The translations under genes and the position numbers were made by a program. Positions 50,235 through 59,144 of a stretch of DNA of 64,000 nucleotides are shown one piece after another. Source of the stretch: an uncultured bacterium (GTDB taxonomy: Bacteria > Oederibacteriota > PGYV01 > CAWJRG01); assembly GCA_963845185.1 (NCBI GenBank), contig CAWJRG010000005.1, forward strand, positions 640,001 to 704,000, read 5' to 3'. The notes under the pieces were generated by a model. The model saw only the letters and a program-made list of their open reading frames with translations. It had not been told where the DNA came from and did not search any database. The first letter of the stretch is position 1. Each line of letters opens with the position of its first letter.

Positions 50235-50360
50235 GGATTAGCTTATATGACGGTAAAAAACAACGGTTCGTTTACACAATACTTTTTTTATCGTGTTTCA
50301 AAATACGCCTGCCGTCGAGGCTGCAAAATATGTCGGAGTTTTATAGTTTATTCAGAAGTT

Positions 50361-50409
50361 AAAACAATAGAGCCCAAAGCAGGAATTTGCTTTAGGCCCT
50401 GTTGTTTTT
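50361..50409 (-). terminator. Terminator closing the metal-uptake operon
   Basis: On the minus strand AGGGCCTAAAGCA/TGCTTTGGGCTCT pairs fully with G-U, followed by ATTGTTTT. Confidence 0.65.
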
Positions 50410-50424
50410 ATTTTCAAACCTGTT

Positions 50425-50517
50425 TTAACGGCAAATACACTTTGTTACTGGTTTTCCGCATCCGGAACAAATCTTTGCTTTCTTTGGGGTTTTCTTTATT
50501 CTTTTTTTAGTCGCCAT
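50425..50517 (-). CDS. 30-aa basic Cys4 microprotein (not in ORF track)
   Basis: RBS GAGGAGG 5 nt before ATG; MATKKRIKKTPKKAKICSGCGKPVTKCICR*. Confidence 0.65.
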   Translation of the reverse strand: MATKKRIKKTPKKAKICSGCGKPVTKCICR

Positions 50518-50582
50518 ACTTAACCTCCTCTCATAGTATTTTGTCAAGGCCGCTCTATTTTTGACGATTTTTCCCACAGCTT

Positions 50583-51224
50583 TTACCGTATTGTATGCTG
50601 TACCTCTGTCTTCCCGGCAACCATTCTGTAAAGGCTCCAGCCCTTCATGTCTTCAAATTTTTCTCCAACCTCGATCGTCCCGAATACCATTGTTGGCACG
50701 TCCATTATGTCCCTCACTCTTTTGTTTTTTTCCATTGTCACCATGACCCATTCGTTCAGCTTCGGCGCAATGCCGAAACAGCACGTCATCTGGCTGCGGA
50801 CAATGACAAATTGCGTTGAGTATTCGCCGGTTGCGTCTGTTTCCATTGGTATCAGGTAGCCTATTATGGCCGCCTTTGTGCCGTTAAGCGCCGTAATAAA
50901 TTTAGGTATCGGCCTTTTCTTTTTCCTTAGCCTGACTTTTTCCGAATTTTGTTCGGCGAGGGTGGGTATGTCATACGCGTACCCTGCAAGGGTTTCCCAA
51001 GTGACAAGCGGGTATCCTTCCATGGTCGGGTACGCGGTCACGGGGTTCGGCATTGACTCGACCTTTGCGTCGGTTGTCGTTTCTGTGACGGACGCAGGCC
51101 TTTCAGGTGTGATTGCCGCCGCGCTTGTCTGCATTTCCATTACTGGAACGCCGGACAAAAAAAGCAACACGACAGCCGCCAGTGCCGCATACCTCAATAA
51201 ATGTCCTGCATATTTAAAATTCAT
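50583..51224 (-). CDS. DUF3299 family protein (ZrgD/PA4066-like)
   Basis: 'VTWETL..LNGTKAAIIGYLIP..QFVIV..TCCFGIAPKLNEWVMV'. Confidence 0.8.
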   Translation of the reverse strand: MNFKYAGHLLRYAALAAVVLLFLSGVPVMEMQTSAAAITPERPASVTETTTDAKVESMPNPVTAYPTMEGYPLVTWETLAGYAYDIPTLAEQNSEKVRLRKKKRPIPKFITALNGTKAAIIGYLIPMETDATGEYSTQFVIVRSQMTCCFGIAPKLNEWVMVTMEKNKRVRDIMDVPTMVFGTIEVGEKFEDMKGWSLYRMVAGKTEVQHTIR

Positions 51225-51709
51225 TTGCTTTTCTCCACACCTGCATCCCCTGTCTTTTTAACTTCATTGCCTTCCGGATATTTAAAATCCACGTTTTTAA
51301 AAGTCTCTCCACTGACTTTAATCAGCATTACTGTCCCGGAGAATTGCTCCACGCCTTTTAATTTCTTTGAGACAGCGGAAAATTCGGAGGTATCGCCTTT
51401 TACTTCGCCGGTCAATGGGCTTGCCACTGCTTTAAGGTTCAAAAACAGCGTCTTGCAGTCTATGTTCAATTTCAGTTTTATAGAGCTTTGCTGCAGGCGT
51501 ACCGGGTTTTCAGCTTCCCCATCGAGCACATATCCGGTGAGTTTCCCGCTGTCAGGCTCAAGCAAAAGCTCCAGGTGCGCGAATTCCTCGCCGAATTCGA
51601 CCAACGTGCCGTTATGCGGCGGCTTGTGTTCGTGCGCCAAAAGCGCGCCTGCCGCAGATATGAACAGCAGTAATATAATCATCACGATTGTCAAATTATT
51701 TTTTTTCAT
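51221..51709 (-). CDS. Periplasmic His-motif metal-binding protein
   Basis: Signal peptide, then 'HEHKPPHNGTLVEFGEEFAHLEL'. Confidence 0.75.
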   Translation of the reverse strand: MKKNNLTIVMIILLLFISAAGALLAHEHKPPHNGTLVEFGEEFAHLELLLEPDSGKLTGYVLDGEAENPVRLQQSSIKLKLNIDCKTLFLNLKAVASPLTGEVKGDTSEFSAVSKKLKGVEQFSGTVMLIKVSGETFKNVDFKYPEGNEVKKTGDAGVEKSK

Positions 51710-51727
51710 TATTTTGTCTCCATATTT

Positions 51728-52996
51728 TCAGGACATCGGATCCAGGTTCCTCGCCACGTCGGTAGAGTAGGCTTTTATTGCAGGAATAAATCCCGACAAT
51801 GCGCCCAGCACAGTCATGCCCACAGGTACAGCCAGCAGCGAGAAATGCATGCTGAAAACATCGAGCACGACCCCAGTCTGCTGCCTGACAATTAACGAAG
51901 CAAATGCGAAAACCGCCCAGTAAACCAGAAAGCCGCCTATGGAGCCTGCGCCTGCTATAACCGTGGCTTCCAGCACTATGGAGGAAAACACGTTTGCCCG
52001 CCTGGCGCCCAGCGCGCGCAAAATGGCAAACTCCCTGCGCCTTTCGTTCATGGTATTGTAAAGGCTCGCAAGTATGGATGCTGCTGCCACAAGCATCACA
52101 AGGTATGCGACAAGCGTGAGTACTTTCGATACCCAGCCGAGTTTGTCGAAAAATTCGGCCATTACCTTGCTTATGGGCCACGCAAGCGTTGCCACTTTTC
52201 CCTGCTTGTTTATTGCCTGATCGAGCATAAAACCTGCCTGAGGGCTGTAAAATTTGAGCATGACTGCGCTTACTTCCTTGACAGAGTCTGATATCTCGAC
52301 GCCCGCTGTCGCAGTATATTCAGTACCGCTGCCGCGCAGCACATGGCCTTTAATCCTGTAAACAGCGTCTATCGGTATCCATATCACCCTGTCCGAGGGG
52401 GTGTTTGTAGGCTTTAGCACTCCTGTTATGGTGAAAACTTCCTCGTGCTGCATGCTCGGGTCAAAATACAGCCCGTGATACGGCCTGAATTGCGAGCCCT
52501 CTTTCAGCCCTGTCTTGTCGGCTACATAACTTCCTATCACGGCTTCTTTTTTCGCGGGGTCAAAGTATTTCCCGCCCTGCCTGACCGTGAAATGTCTGCC
52601 TGCCTGGTACTCGAACTTCGTGAATATCTCATCCGTGGTTCCTACTATCCTGTAGCCGAAATAATTGTCCCCGACCGCATACGGTATTGCGAGCGCAACG
52701 CGCGGGTCGTTTTTAATGGCCTGGTAAAGTGACCACGGTATATTGCCCGGCGATGTCTCGAGCTGATAAACCGAGTTAAGCACAAGCTGTAGCTGGCTGC
52801 CCCTGGCTCCCAGCACCGCGTCATAACCCGCGTTGCCTCCTATAAAAGCGGTCCGCGTCTGGTATTGTATGGAAAAAACCGACATGGTCAGCCCTGTTGC
52901 CAGCGCAACGGATAATACGGTGATGCCGGTTGATAATGCATGCTGTTTCATGCTGTGGCCTACAAGAAAGAAAAGGTTTTTTATGTTTTTAAGCAC
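51728..52996 (-). CDS. MacB/FtsX-type ABC permease (ZrgC-like)
   Basis: 'LGARGSQLQLVLNSVY', 'IPYAVGDNYFGYRIVGT', 'MNERRREFAILRALGA'. Confidence 0.9.
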   Translation of the reverse strand: MLKNIKNLFFLVGHSMKQHALSTGITVLSVALATGLTMSVFSIQYQTRTAFIGGNAGYDAVLGARGSQLQLVLNSVYQLETSPGNIPWSLYQAIKNDPRVALAIPYAVGDNYFGYRIVGTTDEIFTKFEYQAGRHFTVRQGGKYFDPAKKEAVIGSYVADKTGLKEGSQFRPYHGLYFDPSMQHEEVFTITGVLKPTNTPSDRVIWIPIDAVYRIKGHVLRGSGTEYTATAGVEISDSVKEVSAVMLKFYSPQAGFMLDQAINKQGKVATLAWPISKVMAEFFDKLGWVSKVLTLVAYLVMLVAAASILASLYNTMNERRREFAILRALGARRANVFSSIVLEATVIAGAGSIGGFLVYWAVFAFASLIVRQQTGVVLDVFSMHFSLLAVPVGMTVLGALSGFIPAIKAYSTDVARNLDPMS

Positions 52997-52998
52997 AG

Positions 52999-53676
52999 TT
53001 AATTCCCTGCCTTTCCCGTGAAATTTATCGAGCTTAATTTTTTTACGGATTTAAAGCTGGCAAGCACGTCGCGGTCATGGCTCACGAGCAGGAGCGCCGC
53101 GCCTTTTTCTTTGCATATGTCCTTTATCAGGTTCAGGGACTCCTTCGCCCGTTTGTGGTCTAGGTGCCCCGTAGGTTCGTCCGCCAAAACGAGCTTGGGA
53201 TGGTTTGCAAGCGCCCTTGCCACCGCCACCCGTTGTTGCTGGCCTACCGACATCTGCCGAGGCAGGTAGTTGAAATATTTCTTCAGCCCTACCCTCTCAA
53301 GCAGGGAAGCCGCAATCGCGTGGTCGACGCCGGGCCCGAACATCATGCCCAGCATGACATTCTCAATGGCCGAATAGCCCTGTAACAGGTTGAATGTCTG
53401 GAAAATATAGCCCATCGCGCGGGCCCTTAAAAGGTCGCGCCTGCTTTCGTCGAGCGTTTCCATGTCGGCGCCCGCGAACCTTATGCTGCCTTCATCTGCC
53501 CTGAGTATTCCGGCTATGAGGTTAAGCAGGGTTGTCTTCCCCGAGCCGCTCTCGCCCGCAATGGCAGTCTGCTCGCCCTCCTCGACGCCAAAACTTTTGA
53601 TGTTTATCACTTCATTTATCCCGCCTTCCGGCGAGCGGAATGTCTTTTTTATATTTTTTATCTCAAGTATTTTCAT
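52999..53676 (-). CDS. LolD/MacB-type ABC ATPase (ZrgB-like)
   Basis: GESGSGKT, 'GYIFQTFNLL', 'MSVGQQQRVAVARAL..LADEPTG', 'VSHD'. Confidence 0.92.
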   Translation of the reverse strand: MKILEIKNIKKTFRSPEGGINEVINIKSFGVEEGEQTAIAGESGSGKTTLLNLIAGILRADEGSIRFAGADMETLDESRRDLLRARAMGYIFQTFNLLQGYSAIENVMLGMMFGPGVDHAIAASLLERVGLKKYFNYLPRQMSVGQQQRVAVARALANHPKLVLADEPTGHLDHKRAKESLNLIKDICKEKGAALLLVSHDRDVLASFKSVKKLSSINFTGKAGN

Positions 53677-53721
53677 TTTTTTCCTCTCTGAAAAATCAGA
53701 ATAAGTCATATTTCAAAAAGC

Positions 53722-54546
53722 TTAACCCTGCAGTTTCTTCGGCATGATTGATTTCCCTGCAAGAAATAATGCGAACATGACGCCGAACACGGCCACTATT
53801 GACGCGCCTGTAGGCGTGTCCATGTATACGGATACGGCAATCCCGCCTATGCTGCACAGTATAGCCAGTCCCCATGAGATAAAAAGCCGGGCCCTTACTG
53901 CCTTTGCTATCATGGCCGCGCATATGGCCGGTATTATCAGGAACGAGAATACCATGAGTACGCCGGCCATTTCGACGGATAGCGTGACCACAGCGCCGAA
54001 AGTCGCGTAAAAAAAGAAATCCCATAACCCCACATTGATATTGTCCTTCCTGCACGCTTCGGTCGATTCTTCCGTAATGAGCCAGAATTTTTTCCTGAAA
54101 ACGAAATGGAAAACGCCTATCATAAGGTAAGCAACCGCGGTCTTCAGTATGTCCCCGGGCTTTACGAAAAGTATGTTGCCTACAAGCATGTCTTTTATAT
54201 GTTCGGATTCCGCGGCCGACTTGGACAGGATGAGCACGCTGGCTGCGGCAGCGAACACATAGGTGATGCCGATGACCGCCTCCTGAAGCACTACTTTTTC
54301 CATTGTCCTTGCCCACGTGAAAAACAATGCCCCTGCCAGCGCAAAAGCGAGCGATATCAGGTATGACCCTGTGGTGTGCATGGCAATGCCCGACGCAAAC
54401 CCCACAAGCGTGCCCATCGCGGCTGTCTGGGCCAGCGCGAGGTCCACGAAAATAATGCCCCTGCGTATTACGTGCATTCCGAGATAAGTGTGTATTGACG
54501 CCAGCACTATGCATGCCAGCATCGGCCAAAATACGAGTTCCAGCAT
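53722..54546 (-). CDS. Zn/Mn ABC permease (ABC-3, ZnuB-like)
   Basis: 'LGMHVIRRGIIFVDLALAQ', 'AGVLMVFSFLIIPA'. Confidence 0.88.
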   Translation of the reverse strand: MLELVFWPMLACIVLASIHTYLGMHVIRRGIIFVDLALAQTAAMGTLVGFASGIAMHTTGSYLISLAFALAGALFFTWARTMEKVVLQEAVIGITYVFAAAASVLILSKSAAESEHIKDMLVGNILFVKPGDILKTAVAYLMIGVFHFVFRKKFWLITEESTEACRKDNINVGLWDFFFYATFGAVVTLSVEMAGVLMVFSFLIIPAICAAMIAKAVRARLFISWGLAILCSIGGIAVSVYMDTPTGASIVAVFGVMFALFLAGKSIMPKKLQG

Positions 54547-54562
54547 TTGTAACCTCCGGATT

Positions 54563-54635
54563 TTTGAAGTTTAATGTTTCATGTTTCATGTTTAAAGTTC
54601 TAAACCTTAAACTTTCAACATCAAACTTTTAACTG
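54563..54635. repeat. Degenerate heptamer tandem repeats in inverted arrangement
   Basis: TGTTTCA TGTTTCA TGTTTAA ... AACCTTA AACTTTC AACATCA AACTTTT. Similar arrays at 55553-55592 and 56797-56823. Confidence 0.55.
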
Positions 54636-54639
54636 TTTT

Positions 54640-55539
54640 TTACTTCAGCGCGTTCACAAACGTGTCCACGTCGTAATTAAAAAGGTCGATATAGGTATCC
54701 GTGCCTTTTAAGCCGCCTACAGCCGTGCTTAAGAGCACTATTTTCGCGCCTGTCTCTTTTGCGACTTCTTCAGGCGCGCTCATGTCGTAAAACTGGTCCA
54801 CGAGTATGATTTTCGCGCCGTCTTCCTTCATTTTCTTGATGAGCCTTTCTATATCTCCGGGCGATGGCGGTATTGCCGGCTTTGATTCTATGTAGCCGCT
54901 CACCTTAAAACCGCAGTAATTGATGAAATAGTCCCAGCAGTCATGCGTGGCCGCTATCGGTACTCCCTTATACGGCTTGAGCTCGGCGTCCCACCTGTCA
55001 ATGCCCGCGTCGAGTTTCTTGATGAAGGCGCCGTAATTGCCCTTGAAATAATCCGCGTCATCCGGGTATTTTTCGCTCAGCTTGTCCAGTATTTCTTTTG
55101 CTATCACTTTTCCGTTGTTCGGGTCCATGTGGTAGTGCGGGTTCCCGTAAATATGCACGTCGCCTATGCTCGCGTCAACCTTGCCCTGCGGTATCTCTAT
55201 GACCGGTATTTTTTTAGATAAATCCAGGTAACCGTCCCCGCCTTTCATGACGTGCGAGTTCCTGGAAGCCTCTATGACGCTGTTTGCCCACATGTCAAGG
55301 TCCATGCCTATTACAGCCACAAGGTCGGCGTTCCTTACTTTCACGACCATGGACGGCCTGGGCTCGACCGAATGCGGGTCCTGTGTCCCCATCATCAGGC
55401 TCTCCACGTTTGCCTTGTCGCCCGCGATGTTTTTCATTATGTCCCCCATATCCGGGTCTGAACATACGATGTTGATTTTCCCTGCGAAAAGCGCAAGCGG
55501 CATGAGAATCATTGCCGCGATAATCAGAATTCTTTTCAT
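54640..55539 (-). CDS. Zn/Mn ABC substrate-binding protein (ZnuA-like)
   Basis: 'QDPHSVEPRPS', 'GDVHIYGNPHYHMDP', 'ATHDCWDYF', 'IESKPAIPPSP'. Confidence 0.9.
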   Translation of the reverse strand: MKRILIIAAMILMPLALFAGKINIVCSDPDMGDIMKNIAGDKANVESLMMGTQDPHSVEPRPSMVVKVRNADLVAVIGMDLDMWANSVIEASRNSHVMKGGDGYLDLSKKIPVIEIPQGKVDASIGDVHIYGNPHYHMDPNNGKVIAKEILDKLSEKYPDDADYFKGNYGAFIKKLDAGIDRWDAELKPYKGVPIAATHDCWDYFINYCGFKVSGYIESKPAIPPSPGDIERLIKKMKEDGAKIILVDQFYDMSAPEEVAKETGAKIVLLSTAVGGLKGTDTYIDLFNYDVDTFVNALK

Positions 55540-55596
55540 TTTTCTTCCTCCTATATTTAAGTTTAAACTTTGAACCTTGAACATTGAACTTTTATT

Positions 55597-56742
55597 TTAC
55601 TGCAGCGGGTGCGTGTGCGGCCCGATGCCGAACACGAACTGCAGCAATAATTCGTTTGATTTTTCCTCGGGGATGTATCCGTATTCCTCCCTGAAAAAGC
55701 TTCCCTCAGTGAGCCGCTCTGTGACTATGGCCGATATTTTGCTCAGCTTATTTATCTGGATGTCCGCGTTTTCCGCCCAGTCATACCGGCCGCCGATATC
55801 CAGGTACTTGCTGAAGCTGTAACCCGCGTAAGCATAGCTGCCCCAGCGGTCAAGCGATGTTGCCTCTTCCTCGCCAACCGTCTCGTTGCCTGAAGGGCCC
55901 TGTTCTATTGTGCCTGCTATGTCCCTGTTCATGTATATTGCTTCTGCCTGCAGCATGAACCTGCTGTAAGTGCCTGTCCATATTTTCAGCGTCAGGTCAG
56001 CGCCTGCTATCCTCACGTCGTCCTTTCCTATCTGCAGCTCCTCGCCGCTTCCGGATATGTCGTTTGTGCCGGGTCCATACGGCCCTTTTGTCAGCGCTCC
56101 GCTCGCGCCGAGCTCAAGCTCTGATTCGTCGGTCGGGTCAAATGAAATTGACAGCCTTTCTGTAAAAAGCTCCTGGTCGAGCACAAATTCGCTGTTTGTG
56201 TCCACTGCATCGTAAATGCCTGTCTCTGATTTGACGAAAACCGGCAGCGGCAGCACATACCCGAGCGAAATGCCCTCTCCTGTCAGCGAGTCGCCGAAAA
56301 AGTTCTGTATCACAAGCGGTGCGTCCGTGTACGGCCAGACATGTGAATGCAATATGTTGATTTTTCCGAACTCGGCCTTCATCTTTCCGACTTTCAGGGA
56401 AAAAGAATTAAGCACGCTCAGGAAATCAGCGAAAGCTTCCTCGATATTCACGCCAGAGCTGTCAAAAGACAGCACCGTGCTCACGCTTGCCTGCGGGTAT
56501 ATGTAGCCCGCGATCACAGCCTCGACCTCGCTGGTGCCGAGCGACAGCCTGTTCGCGTTCGGTATGACGCCGTACGGGCCGTCTGGCTGCTGCGCAATGC
56601 CGCCGAGTATGTTGCCCACAAGGCTTATATCCGGCAGCGCCGTGGCGCCTGCTGTGCCCGCCGTTCCAGGCTGTGATTCTTCGGCGAATATTACAGGTGA
56701 AAACAAACACAATAATAATGCAAATAAAATTATTTTTTTCAT
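55597..56742 (-). CDS. Outer-membrane porin-like protein associated with metal ABC uptake
   Basis: Signal peptide; 'PDISL..IEEAF..GKMKAEFGKINILHSHVW'; C-terminal 'LQFVFGIGPHTHPLQ'. Confidence 0.8.
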   Translation of the reverse strand: MKKIILFALLLCLFSPVIFAEESQPGTAGTAGATALPDISLVGNILGGIAQQPDGPYGVIPNANRLSLGTSEVEAVIAGYIYPQASVSTVLSFDSSGVNIEEAFADFLSVLNSFSLKVGKMKAEFGKINILHSHVWPYTDAPLVIQNFFGDSLTGEGISLGYVLPLPVFVKSETGIYDAVDTNSEFVLDQELFTERLSISFDPTDESELELGASGALTKGPYGPGTNDISGSGEELQIGKDDVRIAGADLTLKIWTGTYSRFMLQAEAIYMNRDIAGTIEQGPSGNETVGEEEATSLDRWGSYAYAGYSFSKYLDIGGRYDWAENADIQINKLSKISAIVTERLTEGSFFREEYGYIPEEKSNELLLQFVFGIGPHTHPLQ

Positions 56743-56828
56743 TGATGCCTCCTTGAATTTTGATTGGTTTCAGGAATTTAATAATTATTTTTTATTCTAA
56801 ATACCAAATCCTGAATCCCAAATGCTTT

Positions 56829-57119
56829 TTATGCAGCGGAATAAGGAGGCGCGCGGGAGGAGAATACCTTTTGTATATTGAAAGTTGTTTCTCTTTTTGA
56901 TATGAATTTTAAAAACGTCAGTACGGCAATTATCCACAGCTGTATTACCGCTGTCAGTATCGCGTTGTTTGCCGTGTAAATAAAAGAGCATATTTCGCAG
57001 TCGCGATGCTTGTCCTGCTCCGCGGGATTGTGGTGGTGGAATGTAGTTACGCATACCGCGAATAAAACAACTGCCAATGCTATTACTGTTGTGGCTTTTC
57101 TCAAAGCTGAATTTTTCAT
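56829..57119 (-). CDS. Small His/Cys membrane protein (DUF2946-like), first gene of the metal operon
   Basis: 'FHHHNPAEQDKHRDCEIC' and C-terminal 'SRAPP'. Confidence 0.65.
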   Translation of the reverse strand: MKNSALRKATTVIALAVVLFAVCVTTFHHHNPAEQDKHRDCEICSFIYTANNAILTAVIQLWIIAVLTFLKFISKRETTFNIQKVFSSRAPPYSAA

Positions 57120-57151
57120 AGTCTTGCCTTTCCGGTCATGTAATGCAAATA

Positions 57152-57180
57152 AATTATAACAGGCTTGAGGATTTTTTCAA
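57152..57180 (-). promoter_or_regulatory. Putative sigma70 promoter of the metal-uptake operon
   Basis: Minus strand TTGAAA-17 bp-TATAAT, with TG at the extended -10 position. Confidence 0.55.
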
Positions 57181-57206
57181 GGAAATTTTATTACCCAGTA
57201 TCCAAA

Positions 57207-57237
57207 GGCAAGGGTGAGTTGCAACTTACTCCCCGCC
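57207..57237. repeat. REP-like imperfect palindrome
   Basis: GGGTGAGTTGCAACTTACTCC resembles GGGGCGAATTGCAATTCGCCCC-type REPs. Confidence 0.4.
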
Positions 57238-57268
57238 AATCTTTAACGTTTACTTTTTTGCGCTGTAT

Positions 57269-57736
57269 TTATAATAATTTATTCATTTCAAGAAAAGTGA
57301 TTTTGCTTTTGTTATGCGAAGTTAAAGTTATTTCTTTCATTCTTTTAAACCCGTATTTTTCATAAAAGCCTTCCGCGTAAAGCGTGGACCAGCAGTATAA
57401 TTGTTTTAAACCATCTTTTTTTGCTTCTGATAATACTTTTAACATCAATTGTTTTCCAATACCTTTTTTTTGTAATTCGGGATTGACAAAAAAAGTGCGT
57501 ATTTTGCTTGTGTCAAAGCCTCCAATCCCTTCTATATTGTCGTCAATTACAGCGACATAATATTTTACAAGCTTTGAATTTTCCTTGAGCCGGTCCGGTG
57601 AATTTTCTTCAATCTGGTTTTCAATGGCTCCTTTTGAATAATTGCCCAGATTTAATGTAAGAAAACATTTTTCAATCATTTTACTGGCATCGACCGCGTC
57701 TTCATCTTTGAATTTTCTTATTATCATATAACCCAC
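57269..57736 (-). CDS. GNAT acetyltransferase
   Basis: 'FVNPELQKKGIGKQLM', 'AEGFYEKYGF'. Confidence 0.9.
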   Translation of the reverse strand: MGYMIIRKFKDEDAVDASKMIEKCFLTLNLGNYSKGAIENQIEENSPDRLKENSKLVKYYVAVIDDNIEGIGGFDTSKIRTFFVNPELQKKGIGKQLMLKVLSEAKKDGLKQLYCWSTLYAEGFYEKYGFKRMKEITLTSHNKSKITFLEMNKLL

Positions 57737-57748
57737 CGTTTGTAATTG

Positions 57749-58456
57749 TCAGTTTGCTTTATTATTCTTCCCGTTTAAATCATTTACTTGAATTAATTCT
57801 TCAATATTTTCTATTACATAATCCGCATATGCTTTTCTTGATTCTATTTTTTCTGGCCATATTTCTTTTATGATTCCGGTTATAAAAATCGTCGACATGC
57901 CTGCTTGTTTTGCGCCGTATAACTCATTTGACCCTCCATCTCCGACAAAAACAGCATTTTCAGGCTTTTCATTTAACTCTTTTAAGCAATATTCATAAAT
58001 TTCTTTATCCGGCTTTACAAGTCCCACATCGTAGGAAAAAACAACACTGTCAAAATAATCTTTAATCGGTGATTTCTTCCATCCGGATATTTCAAATATA
58101 TCTGCATTACTTATTAAACCAATTTTTTTGTCTGATGATTTCAATATTTTTAAAGTATCAGTGGTATTTTTTGGAACATTTACTATAGCGCCTTCAAATC
58201 TTGATATTCTGTTTTGCAGCGCTTTTTGTATTCGTTCTATAGGTATATCCGGATTTATTGCATGAGCCATGGTTTTAATAATCACAAACGGATTCTTCTC
58301 CTGCCCTGTTAATCTTTCTCTTGATTTCTCCAGCAATTGTTCGTTCCAGTCTTCTTTGCTGACGCCCAGTATTTCCGAAGTCATCGGCCCGTTTGACCAT
58401 GTGGATTCCAACGCAGTTAGAGTATGGAACAAATCAAATATAACAGCTTTTTTCAT
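57749..58456 (-). CDS. HAD-family hydrolase
   Basis: 'VIFDLFHTL', 'ISN', 'KPDKEIY', 'FVGDGGSNELYGAKQAGM'. Confidence 0.9.
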   Translation of the reverse strand: MKKAVIFDLFHTLTALESTWSNGPMTSEILGVSKEDWNEQLLEKSRERLTGQEKNPFVIIKTMAHAINPDIPIERIQKALQNRISRFEGAIVNVPKNTTDTLKILKSSDKKIGLISNADIFEISGWKKSPIKDYFDSVVFSYDVGLVKPDKEIYEYCLKELNEKPENAVFVGDGGSNELYGAKQAGMSTIFITGIIKEIWPEKIESRKAYADYVIENIEELIQVNDLNGKNNKAN

Positions 58457-58499
58457 TGATACAAATTCCCGAACTGATTGCCCTAGCATCTTTCACTCC

Positions 58500-59069
58500 C
58501 TACAGTTTGAGTTTCTTAGCTACTTTTAACACATTTTCACCGAGTATTTCCGCCTGCCTTAATCTTTTTTCCTGTTTTAATATGTCCCCTGCCTCTGACG
58601 CGACGGCAGTCACGCCGTTCAGTTCGCCCGGAACACATATCATGCCGCAGGACAGCATCCAGTTGTAAATTGCGTTTATTGTGATGGCCTGTCCGCCGCC
58701 TGTGCCCCGGCCTACTGCAATTGCGCCGCCCGCTTTTCCCTGCAACGGCCTTTTTTTGCTCACCGCGTAATGCCTGTCAAGCACTGACAACAATTGTGAG
58801 CTGATATTCCTGGAATATACCGGGCTTCCGATAATTATCGCGTCGCACCAGTCAAAAGCCTCATAAAAATAATGCATGTCATCCTTGATTGTGCATTTGC
58901 CCGAATCAAGGCAGCTGTCACATCCGTCGCATGGCTGTACAGTATATTCGCTCATTTTTAAATGCTTTATATCCCAGCCGTCTTTTTTAAACGGTTTCAA
59001 TGCATAATCAACGAGTATTGCGCTGTTTCCGTTTATACGCGGGGTCCCTGAAATGCCTAACACATTCAT
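58500..59069 (-). CDS. Iron-sulfur flavoprotein (flavodoxin / NADPH-dependent FMN reductase family)
   Basis: 'GISGTPRINGNS', 'CDGCDSC..C..KDDM', 'GSPVY'. Confidence 0.9.
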   Translation of the reverse strand: MNVLGISGTPRINGNSAILVDYALKPFKKDGWDIKHLKMSEYTVQPCDGCDSCLDSGKCTIKDDMHYFYEAFDWCDAIIIGSPVYSRNISSQLLSVLDRHYAVSKKRPLQGKAGGAIAVGRGTGGGQAITINAIYNWMLSCGMICVPGELNGVTAVASEAGDILKQEKRLRQAEILGENVLKVAKKLKL

Positions 59070-59144
59070 CTTCTCTCCTCCTTATGTTGCGTTTCGCGTG
59101 TGGTGTCCTGCCTTTTGTTTATATTCAACATATGGTGCTTTTTT

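Noticed and set aside
50123..50245. c-di-AMP (ydaO) riboswitch call for the three-hairpin element
   Set aside because: Short fragments resemble it (GCUAAUCC, GGGGAUGAAU, AGGGAACUCU), but the conserved 3' CCGUCAGCUAACC segment is absent.
51696..54589. Overlapping alternate-frame ORFs 51696..52181 and 53696..54589
   Set aside because: They lie within well-supported ABC permease genes and have no recognisable motifs.
57135..57160. Zur/Fur box at the metal-operon promoter
   Set aside because: Only a weak half-palindrome (ATGCAAAT) is visible; not supportable without a motif model.
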